A DNA stretch of 64,000 nucleotides from Pseudomonadota bacterium (GTDB taxonomy: Bacteria > Pseudomonadota > Gammaproteobacteria > JAKAQQ01), in NCBI GenBank assembly GCA_027320085.1, contig DAHVLZ010000019.1, forward strand, positions 64,001 through 128,000, given 5' to 3'. Numbering within the stretch: the stretch's first letter is position 1; each line of letters opens with the position of its first letter. The translations under genes were made by a program, and so were the position numbers. The notes beneath the pieces are model-generated. The model did not search any database, was not told the DNA's origin, and worked only from the letters and a program-made list of their open reading frames with translations. Positions 1 to 11,203 of the stretch are shown in pieces.

Positions 1-1721
1 GTCCGGGACCCTTTACCTTCGTTTTCCCGAAGTGGCTACCCGGTTACCATTCGCCGGCCAATCCGCTCTGGGATTTGTCGCAGATCCGCGTGACGGCCCA
101 TGGCCATCCCGTTGTCTGGAGGCGGGGCAAGGTGGATCTTTACGCCTTCCACGTTCAGGTCCCGGCTCACGTGCACCACCTCGTCATCCGCTTCACCGCC
201 ATTCTGAATGGACCGGGACGTGTGATTTCGACTTCCCATCTCGCCGTTCTCAACTGGAACCGGTTTCTCTTTTACCAGAACGACACCAACTCTCATGATG
301 ACTACTTCCGGGTCAGGATCCGTCTCCCCCGGGGGTGGCATTTTGGAACGGCCTTGCCCGATCCGCACCCTCTGGGACACGGCTGGGTCCGGTTTGGAGA
401 AGTGAATCTGGCGACCCTGATTGATTCACCGCTGGATACCGGCTGCTACTTTAGACGCATCGTCCTCTGGCACCACGGAACCGCCCGGCAGGTTCTCGAT
501 CTCTTCGCGGACCATCCTCAGGACCTTGAGATTTCGCCGCGTCTCATCGCCCACTACAAGCAGATGACTCCCGAAGCGCTTGCACTTTATGGTTCCCGCC
601 ACTGGATCGATTACCACTCGCTTCTGGCCCTTTCGAATGCGCTTGGTTTCCAGGGGATCGAACACCACCAATCGAGCGATGACCGGGCACCCGGGGATTT
701 CATGACCAATCCCCTCGAGCAGATGGTGGCCGGAGATCTCGTGACCCACGAGTTTTCACATTCCTGGAACGGGAAATATCGTCGTCCCGCGGATCTCACC
801 ACCCCGAATTTCCAGGTTCCCCAGAAGACGGATCTGCTCTGGGTCTATGAGGGGATGAACCAGTATCTCGGCGACCTCTTGTCATTCCGGACCGGGATCC
901 GCAAGCCCGCCGAGTACCCGTCCTACCTCGCCATGCTCTACAGTGAGATGGCGACCGAGCCGGGTCGACTGACCGAACCCCTGATTGACCTGACGACCGC
1001 AGCCCCCTACCTTTATGGTGCCCGCGGCGACTATCCCTCGATCCGGCGGACCGCCGGGGATTTTTATACGGAGGGAGAACTGCTCTGGCTGGATGTCGAC
1101 ACCCTGATCCGTACCCTGACGCACGACCGGAAGTCACTCGATACCTTTCTCCACCTCTATGCCGGTCCCCCGGATACGGGGCCCATCACCGTGACCTATA
1201 CCCGTGCCACGATCGAACATCTTCTCAATGAAGTGGTTCCCTATCACTGGCATGCCTTTTTCCAGAAGCATGTCTACGAGGTGGCTCCCCAGCCGCCGAC
1301 CGGGGAGCTGAGACGGGCGGGATGGCGCCTGGTCTACACGGCCAAGCCCAACCGGTTCATGGTCGCCCAGGAGAAACTCAGCCATACCAACAACCAGTGG
1401 TTGACCTACGGGATCAGGATTGGGGGAAGAGGCCAGATTTTCGACGTCCGGGAAGGCTCGCCCGCATGGCGCGCGGGATTTGCGCCGGGAATGGCGATTC
1501 GCGCGGTTGATGGCCAGAAGTACAAGCCCTCGGTTTTGAAATGGGTGCTCAAGGAGACTGCGCGAAACCACAAGCCGACAGTTTTTCTGGTCGTTGATGG
1601 TGGGTGGTACCGGACTCTCCGGGTTGATTACGATGGCGGTCCGCGTTTCCCGCACCTCGTCCGCATCCCCGGAACCGTCAATCTCCTCCGGCGCATCATG
1701 GCGCCACACGCGGGGCGCTAG
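1..1721 (+). CDS. M61 family (glycyl aminopeptidase-like) metallopeptidase with C-terminal PDZ domain, 5'-truncated by the window edge
   Basis: Frame is open from base 3 (PGPFTFVFPKWLPGYHSP, typical M61 N-terminus); GIEHHQSS, HEFSH zinc motif and LWVYEG; PDZ-like GSPAWRAG...AVDG. Confidence 0.9.
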   Translation, partial: PGPFTFVFPKWLPGYHSPANPLWDLSQIRVTAHGHPVVWRRGKVDLYAFHVQVPAHVHHLVIRFTAILNGPGRVISTSHLAVLNWNRFLFYQNDTNSHDDYFRVRIRLPRGWHFGTALPDPHPLGHGWVRFGEVNLATLIDSPLDTGCYFRRIVLWHHGTARQVLDLFADHPQDLEISPRLIAHYKQMTPEALALYGSRHWIDYHSLLALSNALGFQGIEHHQSSDDRAPGDFMTNPLEQMVAGDLVTHEFSHSWNGKYRRPADLTTPNFQVPQKTDLLWVYEGMNQYLGDLLSFRTGIRKPAEYPSYLAMLYSEMATEPGRLTEPLIDLTTAAPYLYGARGDYPSIRRTAGDFYTEGELLWLDVDTLIRTLTHDRKSLDTFLHLYAGPPDTGPITVTYTRATIEHLLNEVVPYHWHAFFQKHVYEVAPQPPTGELRRAGWRLVYTAKPNRFMVAQEKLSHTNNQWLTYGIRIGGRGQIFDVREGSPAWRAGFAPGMAIRAVDGQKYKPSVLKWVLKETARNHKPTVFLVVDGGWYRTLRVDYDGGPRFPHLVRIPGTVNLLRRIMAPHAGR

Positions 1722-1739
1722 CGAAACACGGGCCGGAGA

Positions 1740-2582
1740 TCAGTAACCCACCGTAAGTCCCTCCGGGGTGGCCAAGCCGTGGAGCATCGAGGTCCCGGGG
1801 GAGGAGGCCCAGCCTGCTCTTCCCCCGGAGTCAACCAAGATGATCCCGGCGATGCCGGTCACCTCGAGGCCGAAGCGTTCGATCGCCTCGTGCGCAACGC
1901 GGGTGGGATCAGGCACCTCCCGGTAACGGCAGGCTGCCTCGTGGGCCAAAACCATCCGGATGATGGATTCACCGTCACCGGTACATGAAACGGCGAGCCT
2001 TGAGTCCGCGAAGGTTCCGGAGCCGATGAGCGGGGTATCTCCAAGACGACCGGGATGCTTTCCCGCGATGCCGCCGGTGGACGTGGCGGACGCGAGATGA
2101 CCCCTCTGGTCCGTGGCGACTGCGCCCACTGTGCCCCGGTGGTCAACCCAGTGCTTTTTCTGCGCGGCCGTGACGAGCATCTGGGGTTCGACCAACGGAA
2201 ACCGCTGTTGCCGCGCGTAACGAAGGGCACCGTCCCCGACCAGGAGGACGTGACGGCCTTCCTCCAGAAGGAGCCGGGCGAGTTCGACGGGGTTGCCAAC
2301 GCCACGGAGTGCACCCACGGCTCCAGCCCGCCGAGTCGCCCCGTCCATGAGGGCGGCGTCTGTTTCGACCTCACCGAGTTGGTTCAGAACGGATCCGATC
2401 CCGGCATTGAACGTGGGGTCATCCTCGAGCACGCGGACCGCTGCCTGGACTGCGTCCAGAGATTCCCCGCCGGCTTCGAGGATGGCGTACCCCGCCCGCA
2501 CGGCTTTCTCCATGCCCTGTTCACGCTCGGTCTGAAAATCGTGTGGCCCAACACCGCCATGGACCAGAATGGCGATCGACAT
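1740..2582 (-). CDS. iaaA: Isoaspartyl peptidase/L-asparaginase (Ntn hydrolase)
   Basis: HGG, FNAGIGS, GTVGAVA (nucleophile Thr), ATSTGG, GRLGDTP, SCTGDGE. Confidence 0.9.
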   Translation of the reverse strand: MSIAILVHGGVGPHDFQTEREQGMEKAVRAGYAILEAGGESLDAVQAAVRVLEDDPTFNAGIGSVLNQLGEVETDAALMDGATRRAGAVGALRGVGNPVELARLLLEEGRHVLLVGDGALRYARQQRFPLVEPQMLVTAAQKKHWVDHRGTVGAVATDQRGHLASATSTGGIAGKHPGRLGDTPLIGSGTFADSRLAVSCTGDGESIIRMVLAHEAACRYREVPDPTRVAHEAIERFGLEVTGIAGIILVDSGGRAGWASSPGTSMLHGLATPEGLTVGY

Positions 2583-2703
2583 GACCGGATCTCCTCGGGA
2601 TGATGAGTGCGGAAATTATACGTGGAGCATGGCGCCGCCGGTGCCGTCTCGCCCGGGTCCCTGTGTTAGTATTCCGTCGTCGCATTGCAAGCGAGAATCG
2701 GCC

Positions 2704-3225
2704 GTGAGCCGCGAGCATCCCAAAAAGAAACCCACCGTCCCGGTGGTCGGGGTGGTGATGGGGTCCCGTTCCGACTGGGAAACCCTGAAACACGCGGTCA
2801 AGACGCTCCGGGAATTCGGGATTGCGACAGAAAGTCGGGTTGTGTCTGCGCACCGTACACCGGATTGGTTGTTCCGCTATGCCGAGTCGGCTCCCGGCCG
2901 GGGACTCCGGGTGCTCATCGCCGGTGCCGGTGGAGCGGCCCATCTCCCGGGCATGCTGGCGGCCAAGACCGTTCTGCCGGTCTTTGGCGTGCCGGTTGAG
3001 ACCCGGGCACTGGGTGGGCTGGATTCCCTGCTATCCATTGCCCAGATGCCGGCTGGTGTCCCGGTGGGAACCCTCGCGATCGGGAAGCCAGGTGCCATCA
3101 ACGCAGCTCTCTTGGCAGCGGCCGTCCTGGCGCTCGAGAATCCGGGGTTGGCCCGGCGTTTGGCTGCCTGGCGACGGGATCAGACCCGTTTAGTGTTGCG
3201 TCAATCCGATCCGGAGGAGCGCTGA
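2704..3225 (+). CDS. purE: N5-carboxyaminoimidazole ribonucleotide mutase
   Basis: [27 protein letters not shown]; GTG start at 2704 chosen by homolog length. Confidence 0.97.
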   Translation: MSREHPKKKPTVPVVGVVMGSRSDWETLKHAVKTLREFGIATESRVVSAHRTPDWLFRYAESAPGRGLRVLIAGAGGAAHLPGMLAAKTVLPVFGVPVETRALGGLDSLLSIAQMPAGVPVGTLAIGKPGAINAALLAAAVLALENPGLARRLAAWRRDQTRLVLRQSDPEER

Positions 3226-3226
3226 T

Positions 3227-4333
3227 ATGCGGGTTGGCGTGATCGGGGGAGGGCAGCTTGGACGGATGCTGGCTTGGGCAGGGCTTCCGCTCGGGCTGGA
3301 TTTTGTTTTTCTGGATCCCTCGCCGGATGCGCCAGCAGCCGCGTTGGGTCAGCTGATCGTGGCCCCGTTCGGGGACCGGGATGCGGTTTTCCGGCTTGCC
3401 GGATCCGTCGATGTCGTGACCTACGAGTTTGAGAACCTGGCCGCTCCCCTGCTTCGGGAAGTTGCCGCGGCCCGGGCAGTCCTGCCCCCACCCCTCGCCC
3501 TTGAAGTGAGCCAGGATCGCCTGCTCGAAAAACAACTGTTCCAGAAACTGGGAATCCCCACCACCCGCTTTGTCTCGGTTGCAAGCCGGGAGGAGCTCGA
3601 GCCGGCACTGGGCATCACCGGACTGCCGGCCATGCTCAAGACCCGGCGCTTTGGTTACGATGGCCGCGGTCAGGCGGTGATCGGGGACGCCGCTCTCTTG
3701 GATGCTGCCTTCCAGCGTTTCATGGGCGCCCCGGGCGGACTGCTTCTTGAAAACCGCATCCCCTTCGAGTGCGAGCTCTCTCTGGTGGCTTGCCGCGGTC
3801 GGGAAGGGGAGGTCGGTTTTTACCCGCTCGCCGAGAATGTGCATCAGCAGGGGATCTTGCGCAGTTCGCGGGTGCCGGCCCACGTGGATCCCGAAGTGGT
3901 CCGCCAGGCCATGGGTTACGCGAGGAGTCTCCTCGATCATCTGGATTATGTCGGCGTATTGGCCATCGAGTTTTTCCTCGAAAACGGCAAACTGATCGCC
4001 AATGAAATGGCGCCGCGGGTTCACAATAGCGGGCACTGGAGCATTGAGGCGGCCGAGACCAGTCAGTTCGAAAATCACCTCCGGGCCATCGCCGGTCTCC
4101 CGCTCGGCGAGACCCGCCTGCGCGGTGAGGCCTTTCTGGTCAATGCTGTCGGGCGGCTGCCCGATGTTCGTTCGCTTCTTGAACTGCCCGGCGTTCATGT
4201 TCACGACTACCGGAAATCGCCACGGCCGGGCCGCAAGGTGGGTCATGCGACGCTCCTTGCGGCTTCCGTATCCGAACTGGAAAAGATCACGCCCAAGTTT
4301 CTGGTCCAGATGCCCTTTGAGACCCCGTCCTAA
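3227..4333 (+). CDS. purK: N5-CAIR synthetase (ATP-grasp)
   Basis: GGGQLGRM, GYDGRGQ, NEMAPRVHNSGHW, RKVGH; directly follows purE. Confidence 0.97.
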   Translation: MRVGVIGGGQLGRMLAWAGLPLGLDFVFLDPSPDAPAAALGQLIVAPFGDRDAVFRLAGSVDVVTYEFENLAAPLLREVAAARAVLPPPLALEVSQDRLLEKQLFQKLGIPTTRFVSVASREELEPALGITGLPAMLKTRRFGYDGRGQAVIGDAALLDAAFQRFMGAPGGLLLENRIPFECELSLVACRGREGEVGFYPLAENVHQQGILRSSRVPAHVDPEVVRQAMGYARSLLDHLDYVGVLAIEFFLENGKLIANEMAPRVHNSGHWSIEAAETSQFENHLRAIAGLPLGETRLRGEAFLVNAVGRLPDVRSLLELPGVHVHDYRKSPRPGRKVGHATLLAASVSELEKITPKFLVQMPFETPS

Positions 4334-4397
4334 ACCCGTCCGGGTCGAGACCGGTTTCCGGGTTTAAACTGGCTCTCCCAGACAGGTTCCAGATCCC

Positions 4398-5615
4398 ATG
4401 AGTGCGCTCAGTTCGGATCTTGCATGCCCACCGGCTCTTTCGGAAGGGATCCCGGAGGGGCGCCGTCGTCTCCGGCTCGCCGTCCTCACTTTTGTGCACT
4501 TCCTGAATGACGGTGCGGTCAATTTCCTGCCGGGTGTCCTGCCGGCCGTCCTGGTCCGGCTGGCACTCCCCGATGCGGATGCGGGACTCATCATGTCGGC
4601 TCTTCTGATCGGGCAGGGCCTGCAACCTGTCATGGGCTGGCTTTCCGATCGTTACGGGCAGGCCTGGTTTCTCGTCCCGGGTCTCTCGCTGAGCCTTTTG
4701 GGCGGAGCCTTCGTTGGTCTGGCAGGCAGTCTCTGGGTCTTGATTGCGATCCTGCTCACCATCGGGATCGGTAATGCTGCCTTCCACCCCCCCGGGCTGG
4801 CCACCGCGCGCCGGATGGCCCGCGAGAAACGAGCCAGCTTGGTCATGTCGGTTTTCCTCGTGGGCGGAGAGATCGGTCGTGGTCTGGGACCCCTGCTCGC
4901 CAGCCTGGTCATCCTGCAGTGGGGATTCCACGGTCTTTTGGTCCTGGCTGTGCCGGTTCTCTGTCTCGTGCCCCTGCTTCCACGCACGCTCCGCCCGGCA
5001 GGCCCCCAAACCAGAACCGTTCCGGGCGATCGGCATTCCTGGATGGAACGACTGCGCTCCTTGTGGCCCCTGTTGTTGTTCGCCGGGCTGAGATCCAGTC
5101 TGGTCTATGCCAGTGTGACCTTCATTCCGATCCTCTGGCATGAACGGGGAGGCTCCCTCATTGTCGGGGCTTCACTTGTGAGTGTGCAACTCTTGGTCGG
5201 CGTCGTCGGTAACCTGGGGGGCGGGTGGCTGGCCGACCGGATGGGGCGCCGTCCTCTCCTCGTCAGCATGAGTCTCATTTCGCCCCTCTTGCTCGGCCTC
5301 TTTGAGTTTCTCCCCATGCCATGGGCCTACCTGGATCTCGGCGTGCTCGGGATCAGCCTGTTTGCCACCCTGCCGGTCACGATTCTGATCGGCCAGGATC
5401 GTTCTCACGGCGAGCCGGCCTTCGGGTCTGGGGTGGCCTTGGGTCTCGGCAATGCGCTCGGCGCCGTCGGTCTCCTGATCCTGGGTGCCCTGGTCGGGCG
5501 GATCGGGGTCGAGGGCGTGCTCGACGGTGCCGTGGGGGTCGGACTGCTGGCCGTGCCGGTGGCCTGGTGGGGACTGGGAGGGGCCCCGCGTTCCGACCTG
5601 CTGCAGCCGGGCTGA
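4398..5615 (+). CDS. MFS transporter, Fsr (fosmidomycin resistance)-like
   Basis: About 12 hydrophobic segments; HFLND, QPVMGWLSDRYG, AAFHP, GGWLADRMGRR. Confidence 0.85.
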   Translation: MSALSSDLACPPALSEGIPEGRRRLRLAVLTFVHFLNDGAVNFLPGVLPAVLVRLALPDADAGLIMSALLIGQGLQPVMGWLSDRYGQAWFLVPGLSLSLLGGAFVGLAGSLWVLIAILLTIGIGNAAFHPPGLATARRMAREKRASLVMSVFLVGGEIGRGLGPLLASLVILQWGFHGLLVLAVPVLCLVPLLPRTLRPAGPQTRTVPGDRHSWMERLRSLWPLLLFAGLRSSLVYASVTFIPILWHERGGSLIVGASLVSVQLLVGVVGNLGGGWLADRMGRRPLLVSMSLISPLLLGLFEFLPMPWAYLDLGVLGISLFATLPVTILIGQDRSHGEPAFGSGVALGLGNALGAVGLLILGALVGRIGVEGVLDGAVGVGLLAVPVAWWGLGGAPRSDLLQPG

Positions 5616-5739
5616 CGGGATGGTTGCGAGGCCATTCCCTTGGTGAAAACGATGGGCGAGGAGGGCGGATCCGTTCCGGAGCGGCTCTTTCATCCCCTGA
5701 CAGCCGCGCCTGGTTTTTTCAACGGGTGGGGAAGCCGCA

Positions 5740-6669
5740 TCAGGTCCCGGATGAGGCCTGGATGGCGATGCCCATGAGGCGTGAGCAGGCCTCGACGTAA
5801 CGGTCGCGGGTCGCGGCCAGGACGGGGGCGGGCAAGGACGGGGGCGGTGGTTTTTTGTCCCACCCGCTGATCTCGAGCCACTGGCGCAGGAACTGCTTGT
5901 CGAAAGAAGGGGGGCTGGATCCCGGACGGTACTGGTCCCGGGGCCAGTACCGGGTCGAGTCCGGTGTCAGGAGTTCGTCGATCAAAAAGAGGTTGCCGGC
6001 CCCGTCGATCCCAAACTCGAATTTCGCATCGGCGATGATGAGACCCCGAGTCTCGGCGTATCGGGATGCTTCCCGGAAAATGGCGAGCGATTGCTCGCGT
6101 ACCGCCGTGGCCAGGGTCCCGTTGCCGATGCGTCTCACCGTTTCGTCGAAGCTGATCGGGTGATCATGTTCTCCGGCAGGGGACTTGCTGGTTGGCGTGT
6201 AGAGAATTTCCGGCAAGGGATCGGCTTCCCGGAGCCCTGTCGGGAGATGGATGCCGGGTAGGTTGTCCCCTTTCCGGTAGGCCTGCCAGGCGGAACCGGC
6301 GAGATAGCCACGAACGACCGCTTCCAATGGCAGGGGTTGAAGCCGTCGCACGAGCATGCTCCGTCCGCGAAGATAGGGCAGGGCTTGGGAATGGACAAGA
6401 CGGGACCAGTCATCCTTGAGTTCGTGGTTCGGGATGAGTGACTCCATCCGGGCAAACCAGAATTTGGACAATGCGGTCAGCAGGCACCCCTTCTCCGGGA
6501 TGGTCTCCCTGAAAACGACATCGAACGCGGAAATCCGGTCGGACGCGACGATCAACAGGCGTTCGTGATCCACCTGGTAGAGATCACGAACCTTGCCCTG
6601 CCCGACCCGGGGCAGTCCGGGATCGGTGGGGCTCCCCGGCACTGTCCCTGCGGGAGGGGAGTCCTTCAC
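5740..6669 (-). CDS. purC: SAICAR synthetase
   Basis: GKVRDLY, SDRISAFD, ADAKFEFG, DELLTPDSTRYW, SFDKQFLR. Confidence 0.97.
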   Translation of the reverse strand: MKDSPPAGTVPGSPTDPGLPRVGQGKVRDLYQVDHERLLIVASDRISAFDVVFRETIPEKGCLLTALSKFWFARMESLIPNHELKDDWSRLVHSQALPYLRGRSMLVRRLQPLPLEAVVRGYLAGSAWQAYRKGDNLPGIHLPTGLREADPLPEILYTPTSKSPAGEHDHPISFDETVRRIGNGTLATAVREQSLAIFREASRYAETRGLIIADAKFEFGIDGAGNLFLIDELLTPDSTRYWPRDQYRPGSSPPSFDKQFLRQWLEISGWDKKPPPPSLPAPVLAATRDRYVEACSRLMGIAIQASSGT

Positions 6670-8744
6670 GCGCGGCGACGTCTCGGAACGAAGGCTCCGG
6701 TCAACCCCAGAAGGAGCAGGAACAGAAGGCTGGTCGGATCGATGGCACTGCTCGTGTTCTGGACGACTTCGACGTCGAAGGCAACGGACGAAGTGAGACC
6801 GTTGCCATCGGTTGCGGTCACGGTCACGATGGCCGTGCCCAACTGGTTTGGGATGGGGGTCATCGTGATGGTCCGGTTGGTGCCGGTGCCGGCCAGCTTG
6901 ATCCCGCTGACTGGCAGGATGCCCGGATCGTCGCTGGATGCGGTCAGGGTGATCGGACTCGTTCCCGTGACGGTGAAGGGATAGGGCCCCACACTGCTGC
7001 TGACCGTGATGCCGTAGGGACCGACCAGACCGTTGATGACGGGCCGCTGGGCAACCGTGACCTGGAAGGTCTCGGATGTGGTGGCCTGGTTCGGGGCCGT
7101 TGCCACGAGATGGATGTGCGAGATCCCCGCGGCCCCGGAAGGGGCTTCGAGATTGACCGTCCGGTTGAGGCCGAGGCCCCCGAAGCTGATGCCGGAGTCC
7201 GGGATGACGGATGGGTTGGAGGAACTGGCACTGTAGGCGAGATCGCAGCCGCTATTGGGACTGAAGGGGATCACGCTCGTTGCGCCGGAGGGGATTGCCG
7301 TCGCCGGAATCGGGCCCAGACTGATCGTTTGCGGGATATCGCAGATCCGGACGGTGGCCGGAGCCGAGATGGGGTTCGTGGGCGCACCCGGACCGCTTGA
7401 GGCTTCGGCCTGGAAGGAAAAGCGGTCCTCGCCGGTATAGCCGGTCTGGGGAAAGTAGGTGAAGGAGCCGCTGCCGGCCAGGTTGAGTGTCCCATGGGCA
7501 GGAGGAGTCGTGACCAGGTAGCTCAGGGTCCGGTTCTGTGTGTCACTCGCATTGACGGCGGCTGAGAACGACATGTTCTCCGGCGTTGTAAAGGTGGCAG
7601 GGCTTGCCACGATGTCACCATTTCCGGAAAAATGACCTGAAAAGGCTGCAGCATTCGACAGGTTGAGGGTACTGACCAGCTGGTTGGTCGCCGTATTCAG
7701 GATGGAGAGTGCGGCTTTGTTTGCATCCAACACGTAAAGCCGTGTGCCGTCGGGAGAAAGCGCCAGGGTCGCGGGCGCCTGACCCACGCTCACGTTGGTT
7801 TCCTGTCCCGGGTTGGCGAGCGGGATCACGGTCACGATGCCCTGTTCGGTCGGCTGGGCGACATAGAGGGTCTGGCCGTTGGGGGAGACGGCGAGCGAGG
7901 TTGGAAATCCCGGGACGGTCAGCGAGGTCAGGAAGTTTCCCGTCCGGATGTCCAGGACATCAATTGTATCGTCGCCGGAGTTGGCGACGTAGAGACGGGT
8001 TCCCGCGGGTGAGAGCGCGAGCGCCAGGGGGTCAAAAGCGTCCGGGAGCGTGAGCGTGGAGATCGCACCGGTGGAGAGGTCGATCACCGAGAGCGTGTCG
8101 TCCCCACTCAGGCTGACATAGAGATGGCGGCCGGATAAACCGGCTGCAATTGCCGTGGGGGCGGTGCCGACGCCATAGCCGCTGAGGGTGTCGACGGAAC
8201 CGTTCGCCAGATGGAGGTCATATAACGTGCCGGTATCGGGATTGATGAAATAAAAGGTTTCCCCATTGGGAGCAATGGCCATGGCGCCCAGGCCAATGTT
8301 GGAGGTACCGCTTTGCAGGGTAAAAATCTGGACGATCCGTTCGGAGGCCAGATTGATCTCGGTGAGGCTGGATGTCACGACCCCGGAGACGGACGAGATG
8401 CCACCGACGTAGGCGAGGTCCGGGTCGGTGGGTGACATCACGACGTTCACCGGATCCACTCCGACCGGGAGTTCAGCCAGGAGGGAATTGGTTGCGGCGC
8501 TCACGATGTCGACACTGTTTTGCGAGGACTGCGGAATGGCGAGGTAGGGTTGGGCGAAAGCCACAGCCGAAAGGGAAAAAACCACGCCCAGGATCAGGGC
8601 CGGAAGCCAGCGGGAGGAATGCAGGGCCGTCACGGATGGGTGTCTCCGAATAGTAGAAATGCCGTCTGCGCGAGAGGCGGTTACCTTGAGATTATAGTAG
8701 ATCAGCGTACAAATACCCATCCGCCTTGAGCGGCGGGTCGTCAA
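6666..8744 (-). CDS. Exported YncE/YVTN beta-propeller protein with Ig-like (Big_9/cadherin-like) domains and a C-terminal membrane anchor
   Basis: Signal peptide (AVAFA-Q); repeats such as LALSPDGTRLYV; PPAHGTL...GSFTYFP...GEDRFSF Ig motif; TM segment plus RRRR tail. True start is probably downstream of 8744 (about 8630). Confidence 0.8.
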   Translation of the reverse strand: MTTRRSRRMGICTLIYYNLKVTASRADGISTIRRHPSVTALHSSRWLPALILGVVFSLSAVAFAQPYLAIPQSSQNSVDIVSAATNSLLAELPVGVDPVNVVMSPTDPDLAYVGGISSVSGVVTSSLTEINLASERIVQIFTLQSGTSNIGLGAMAIAPNGETFYFINPDTGTLYDLHLANGSVDTLSGYGVGTAPTAIAAGLSGRHLYVSLSGDDTLSVIDLSTGAISTLTLPDAFDPLALALSPAGTRLYVANSGDDTIDVLDIRTGNFLTSLTVPGFPTSLAVSPNGQTLYVAQPTEQGIVTVIPLANPGQETNVSVGQAPATLALSPDGTRLYVLDANKAALSILNTATNQLVSTLNLSNAAAFSGHFSGNGDIVASPATFTTPENMSFSAAVNASDTQNRTLSYLVTTPPAHGTLNLAGSGSFTYFPQTGYTGEDRFSFQAEASSGPGAPTNPISAPATVRICDIPQTISLGPIPATAIPSGATSVIPFSPNSGCDLAYSASSSNPSVIPDSGISFGGLGLNRTVNLEAPSGAAGISHIHLVATAPNQATTSETFQVTVAQRPVINGLVGPYGITVSSSVGPYPFTVTGTSPITLTASSDDPGILPVSGIKLAGTGTNRTITMTPIPNQLGTAIVTVTATDGNGLTSSVAFDVEVVQNTSSAIDPTSLLFLLLLGLTGAFVPRRRRA

Positions 8745-8948
8745 GCGCGGCTGCCCGCCAAGGGAGTTCCCCCACCCGTATTTCCCGGAGATGGCGAGGG
8801 TGAGCTGCGGGTGAGGCCTGCCCCGGCCGGATCTTGGCGAGGCGGGTCTGCAGAGGAGGGGGGTGGGGAAGTATGATACCGTTGCGTTGGGCGGTCTCCG
8901 GCGATGGCTGGAGGGTCGGCCCGCCTCGTCTTACCGGAGGAATGCGGA

Positions 8949-9701
8949 ATGAACCGGCCCCGGCCACCTGAGATCGTCCCTTCGCTGCTTTCCGCTGATT
9001 TTGCCCGGCTGGGGGAGGAAGCCCAGGCGATCGTTGCGATTGGGGCCCGGCGGCTTCATTTCGATGTCATGGACAACCACTACGTCCCGAACCTCACGGT
9101 CGGGCCCCTCGTGCTCGCGGCATTGCGCCGATATGGGGTTGAGGTTCCGGTCGAAGTGCATCTCATGGTTCGGCCGGTGGACCGGCTGATCGAGGAATTT
9201 GCCCGTGCCGGGGCGAATGTGATTTTTGTCCACCCGGAGGCTACCGACCACCTGGACCGCAGCCTCGGGCTGATACGGGATCAGGGATGCGAAGCCGGAC
9301 TCGTCTTCAACCCGGCTACTCCGCCCACTCTCCTGCCTTATGTTGCAGACCGCGTGGAACACCTTCTCGTCATGACGGTCAATCCGGGTTTCCCGGGCCA
9401 GGCGTTCCTGCCGGGGGTATTGCCCAAGATCCGGGAGATCCGGAGCTGGATCGACAGCCACGGCGGGTCGTGGGTCCTCGAGGTGGACGGCGGTATTCAT
9501 CCAGGAACCATTGCCCAGGCGCGTGCGGAGGGGGCCGAGCGTTTCGTGGCGGGATCCGCCCTCTTCAGTACCCGCGATCGGGCCCGGGCCTGGGCCGAGT
9601 TGCATGCGGCAATCGAGCGGTCGGGTGATCCAAAGGAGGTGCGGCCGACGCTCCGGCATCCAAAACCTGCGATAATGGACGAGGTTCCAGGCGGTCAATA
9701 G
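8949..9701 (+). CDS. rpe: Ribulose-phosphate 3-epimerase
   Basis: [47 protein letters not shown]; GGAGG RBS. Confidence 0.97.
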   Translation: MNRPRPPEIVPSLLSADFARLGEEAQAIVAIGARRLHFDVMDNHYVPNLTVGPLVLAALRRYGVEVPVEVHLMVRPVDRLIEEFARAGANVIFVHPEATDHLDRSLGLIRDQGCEAGLVFNPATPPTLLPYVADRVEHLLVMTVNPGFPGQAFLPGVLPKIREIRSWIDSHGGSWVLEVDGGIHPGTIAQARAEGAERFVAGSALFSTRDRARAWAELHAAIERSGDPKEVRPTLRHPKPAIMDEVPGGQ

Positions 9702-9706
9702 ACCCG

Positions 9707-10606
9707 GTGCATCGCTTTGGAGGAAAACCAAGATTGGCCCATCCCACCCAGAAAGTCCGGCTCAACGGTTTCAATAACCTGACGAAGACGCTCAGTTTCA
9801 ATATCTACGATATCTGTTACACCAAAACCGAAGAACACCAGCGGGCCTACATCAGCTACATCGACGAGGCCTACAATGCCGAACGGCTGACCCAGATCCT
9901 GACCCACGTCTCCGGAATCATCGGCGCCAACGTGCTCAACTGCTCACGGCAGGATTACGATCCCCAAGGGGCCTCCGTCACCATGCTCATTTCCGAGACG
10001 ACGGTCGGTACCGATGCAGCCGTCCAGAGCGACCTTGAAACCCCAGGCCCCCTGCCGGAGGGAGTCGCCCTGCATCTCGACAAGAGCCACATCACCGTCC
10101 ATACCTACCCGGAAAGCCATCCGGACAACGGGATCAGCACTTTCCGGGCCGATATCGACGTCTCCACCTGTGGACGGATTTCACCCCTGCGGGCGCTCAA
10201 CTACCTCATCCACAGTTTCGAATCCGATATCGTCATGGTGGATTACCGGGTGCGTGGCTTCACCCGCGATATTCATGGACAAAAGCTCTTCATCGACCAC
10301 CACATCAACTCGGTCCAGAATTTCATGTCCCGGGACACCCGCGAGCGCTACCAGATGGTCGACGTCAACGTGTACCAGGAAAATATCTTTCATACGAAGA
10401 TGATCCTCAAGGAATTTGAGCTTTCGAACTACTTGTTCGGTACGGAAAGCGAATCCGTTGCACCCGACGAGGCCGAACGGATCCGGGATCGCGTGAAGAC
10501 GGAAATGCTGGAAATCTTTTACGGACGAAACATGAAACGGGGCTCCCTGGCCTCGATTCGGCGGCTTGACCCGGTTACCCTCTCGGCCAGCCCTCAGAAC
10601 AAGTAG
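9707..10606 (+). CDS. speD: S-adenosylmethionine decarboxylase proenzyme (E. coli type)
   Basis: [29 protein letters not shown] self-cleavage site, DVSTCG. Confidence 0.97.
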   Translation: MHRFGGKPRLAHPTQKVRLNGFNNLTKTLSFNIYDICYTKTEEHQRAYISYIDEAYNAERLTQILTHVSGIIGANVLNCSRQDYDPQGASVTMLISETTVGTDAAVQSDLETPGPLPEGVALHLDKSHITVHTYPESHPDNGISTFRADIDVSTCGRISPLRALNYLIHSFESDIVMVDYRVRGFTRDIHGQKLFIDHHINSVQNFMSRDTRERYQMVDVNVYQENIFHTKMILKEFELSNYLFGTESESVAPDEAERIRDRVKTEMLEIFYGRNMKRGSLASIRRLDPVTLSASPQNK

Positions 10607-11199
10607 GAACCGTAGACCAGGGCACGCGAGGTCCAGTGCATGAGTCGCCGGACGGAAGCCGGCAGCACCCCGCCACCCGCGGCCCGCGCCCAGGCGCCGT
10701 GCGCGACTTCTTCTTCCCGCATGCGGTCCAGAATCCGGCGCGTCTCCTCGTCTTCGGGCGGCAGGCGTCCCAGATGGTCCGTGAGATGGGACTCCACTTG
10801 GGCCTCGGTTTCCACGATGTAGCCCAAGCTCGTCCTGCGTCCCAGGGAACCGGCCAGAAGCCCGCTCAGGAAAGCGAGCCCATACCACAGCGGGTTCAGG
10901 GAACTCGGATGGCCGCCGAGTTCGGCCAGACGCCTCTCGCACCAGACGAGGTGACGATGTTCCTCTTCACCCGCCTGGACCAGCTGCCGGGACAGGGCGG
11001 GGTCCTCGCGGGCCGTGAGGGCCTGGGCCCGGTAAAGGGCCTGTGCCGCCACTTCTCCCGCGTGATTCACCCGGAGCAACCGGATGCTGTGCCGCCGCCA
11101 AGCGGGGGCTGGGCCTGGGTGTGGGGAGGCTCCCTGGGTCAGGACCCAGCGTGCGTGGTCGATCTCTCCGATCAGCCGATCACCGAGATTCCGACCCAC
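10594..11199 (-). CDS. coq7: Demethoxyubiquinone hydroxylase (di-iron, Coq7)
   Basis: [40 protein letters not shown]. Confidence 0.93.
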   Translation of the reverse strand: MGRNLGDRLIGEIDHARWVLTQGASPHPGPAPAWRRHSIRLLRVNHAGEVAAQALYRAQALTAREDPALSRQLVQAGEEEHRHLVWCERRLAELGGHPSSLNPLWYGLAFLSGLLAGSLGRRTSLGYIVETEAQVESHLTDHLGRLPPEDEETRRILDRMREEEVAHGAWARAAGGGVLPASVRRLMHWTSRALVYGSYLF

Positions 11200-11203
11200 G
11201 GGC

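Noticed and set aside
4331-4367. Hairpin after purK as an intrinsic terminator
   Set aside because: The stem taaacccg/cgggttta exists, but the loop is large and the U-tract is weak
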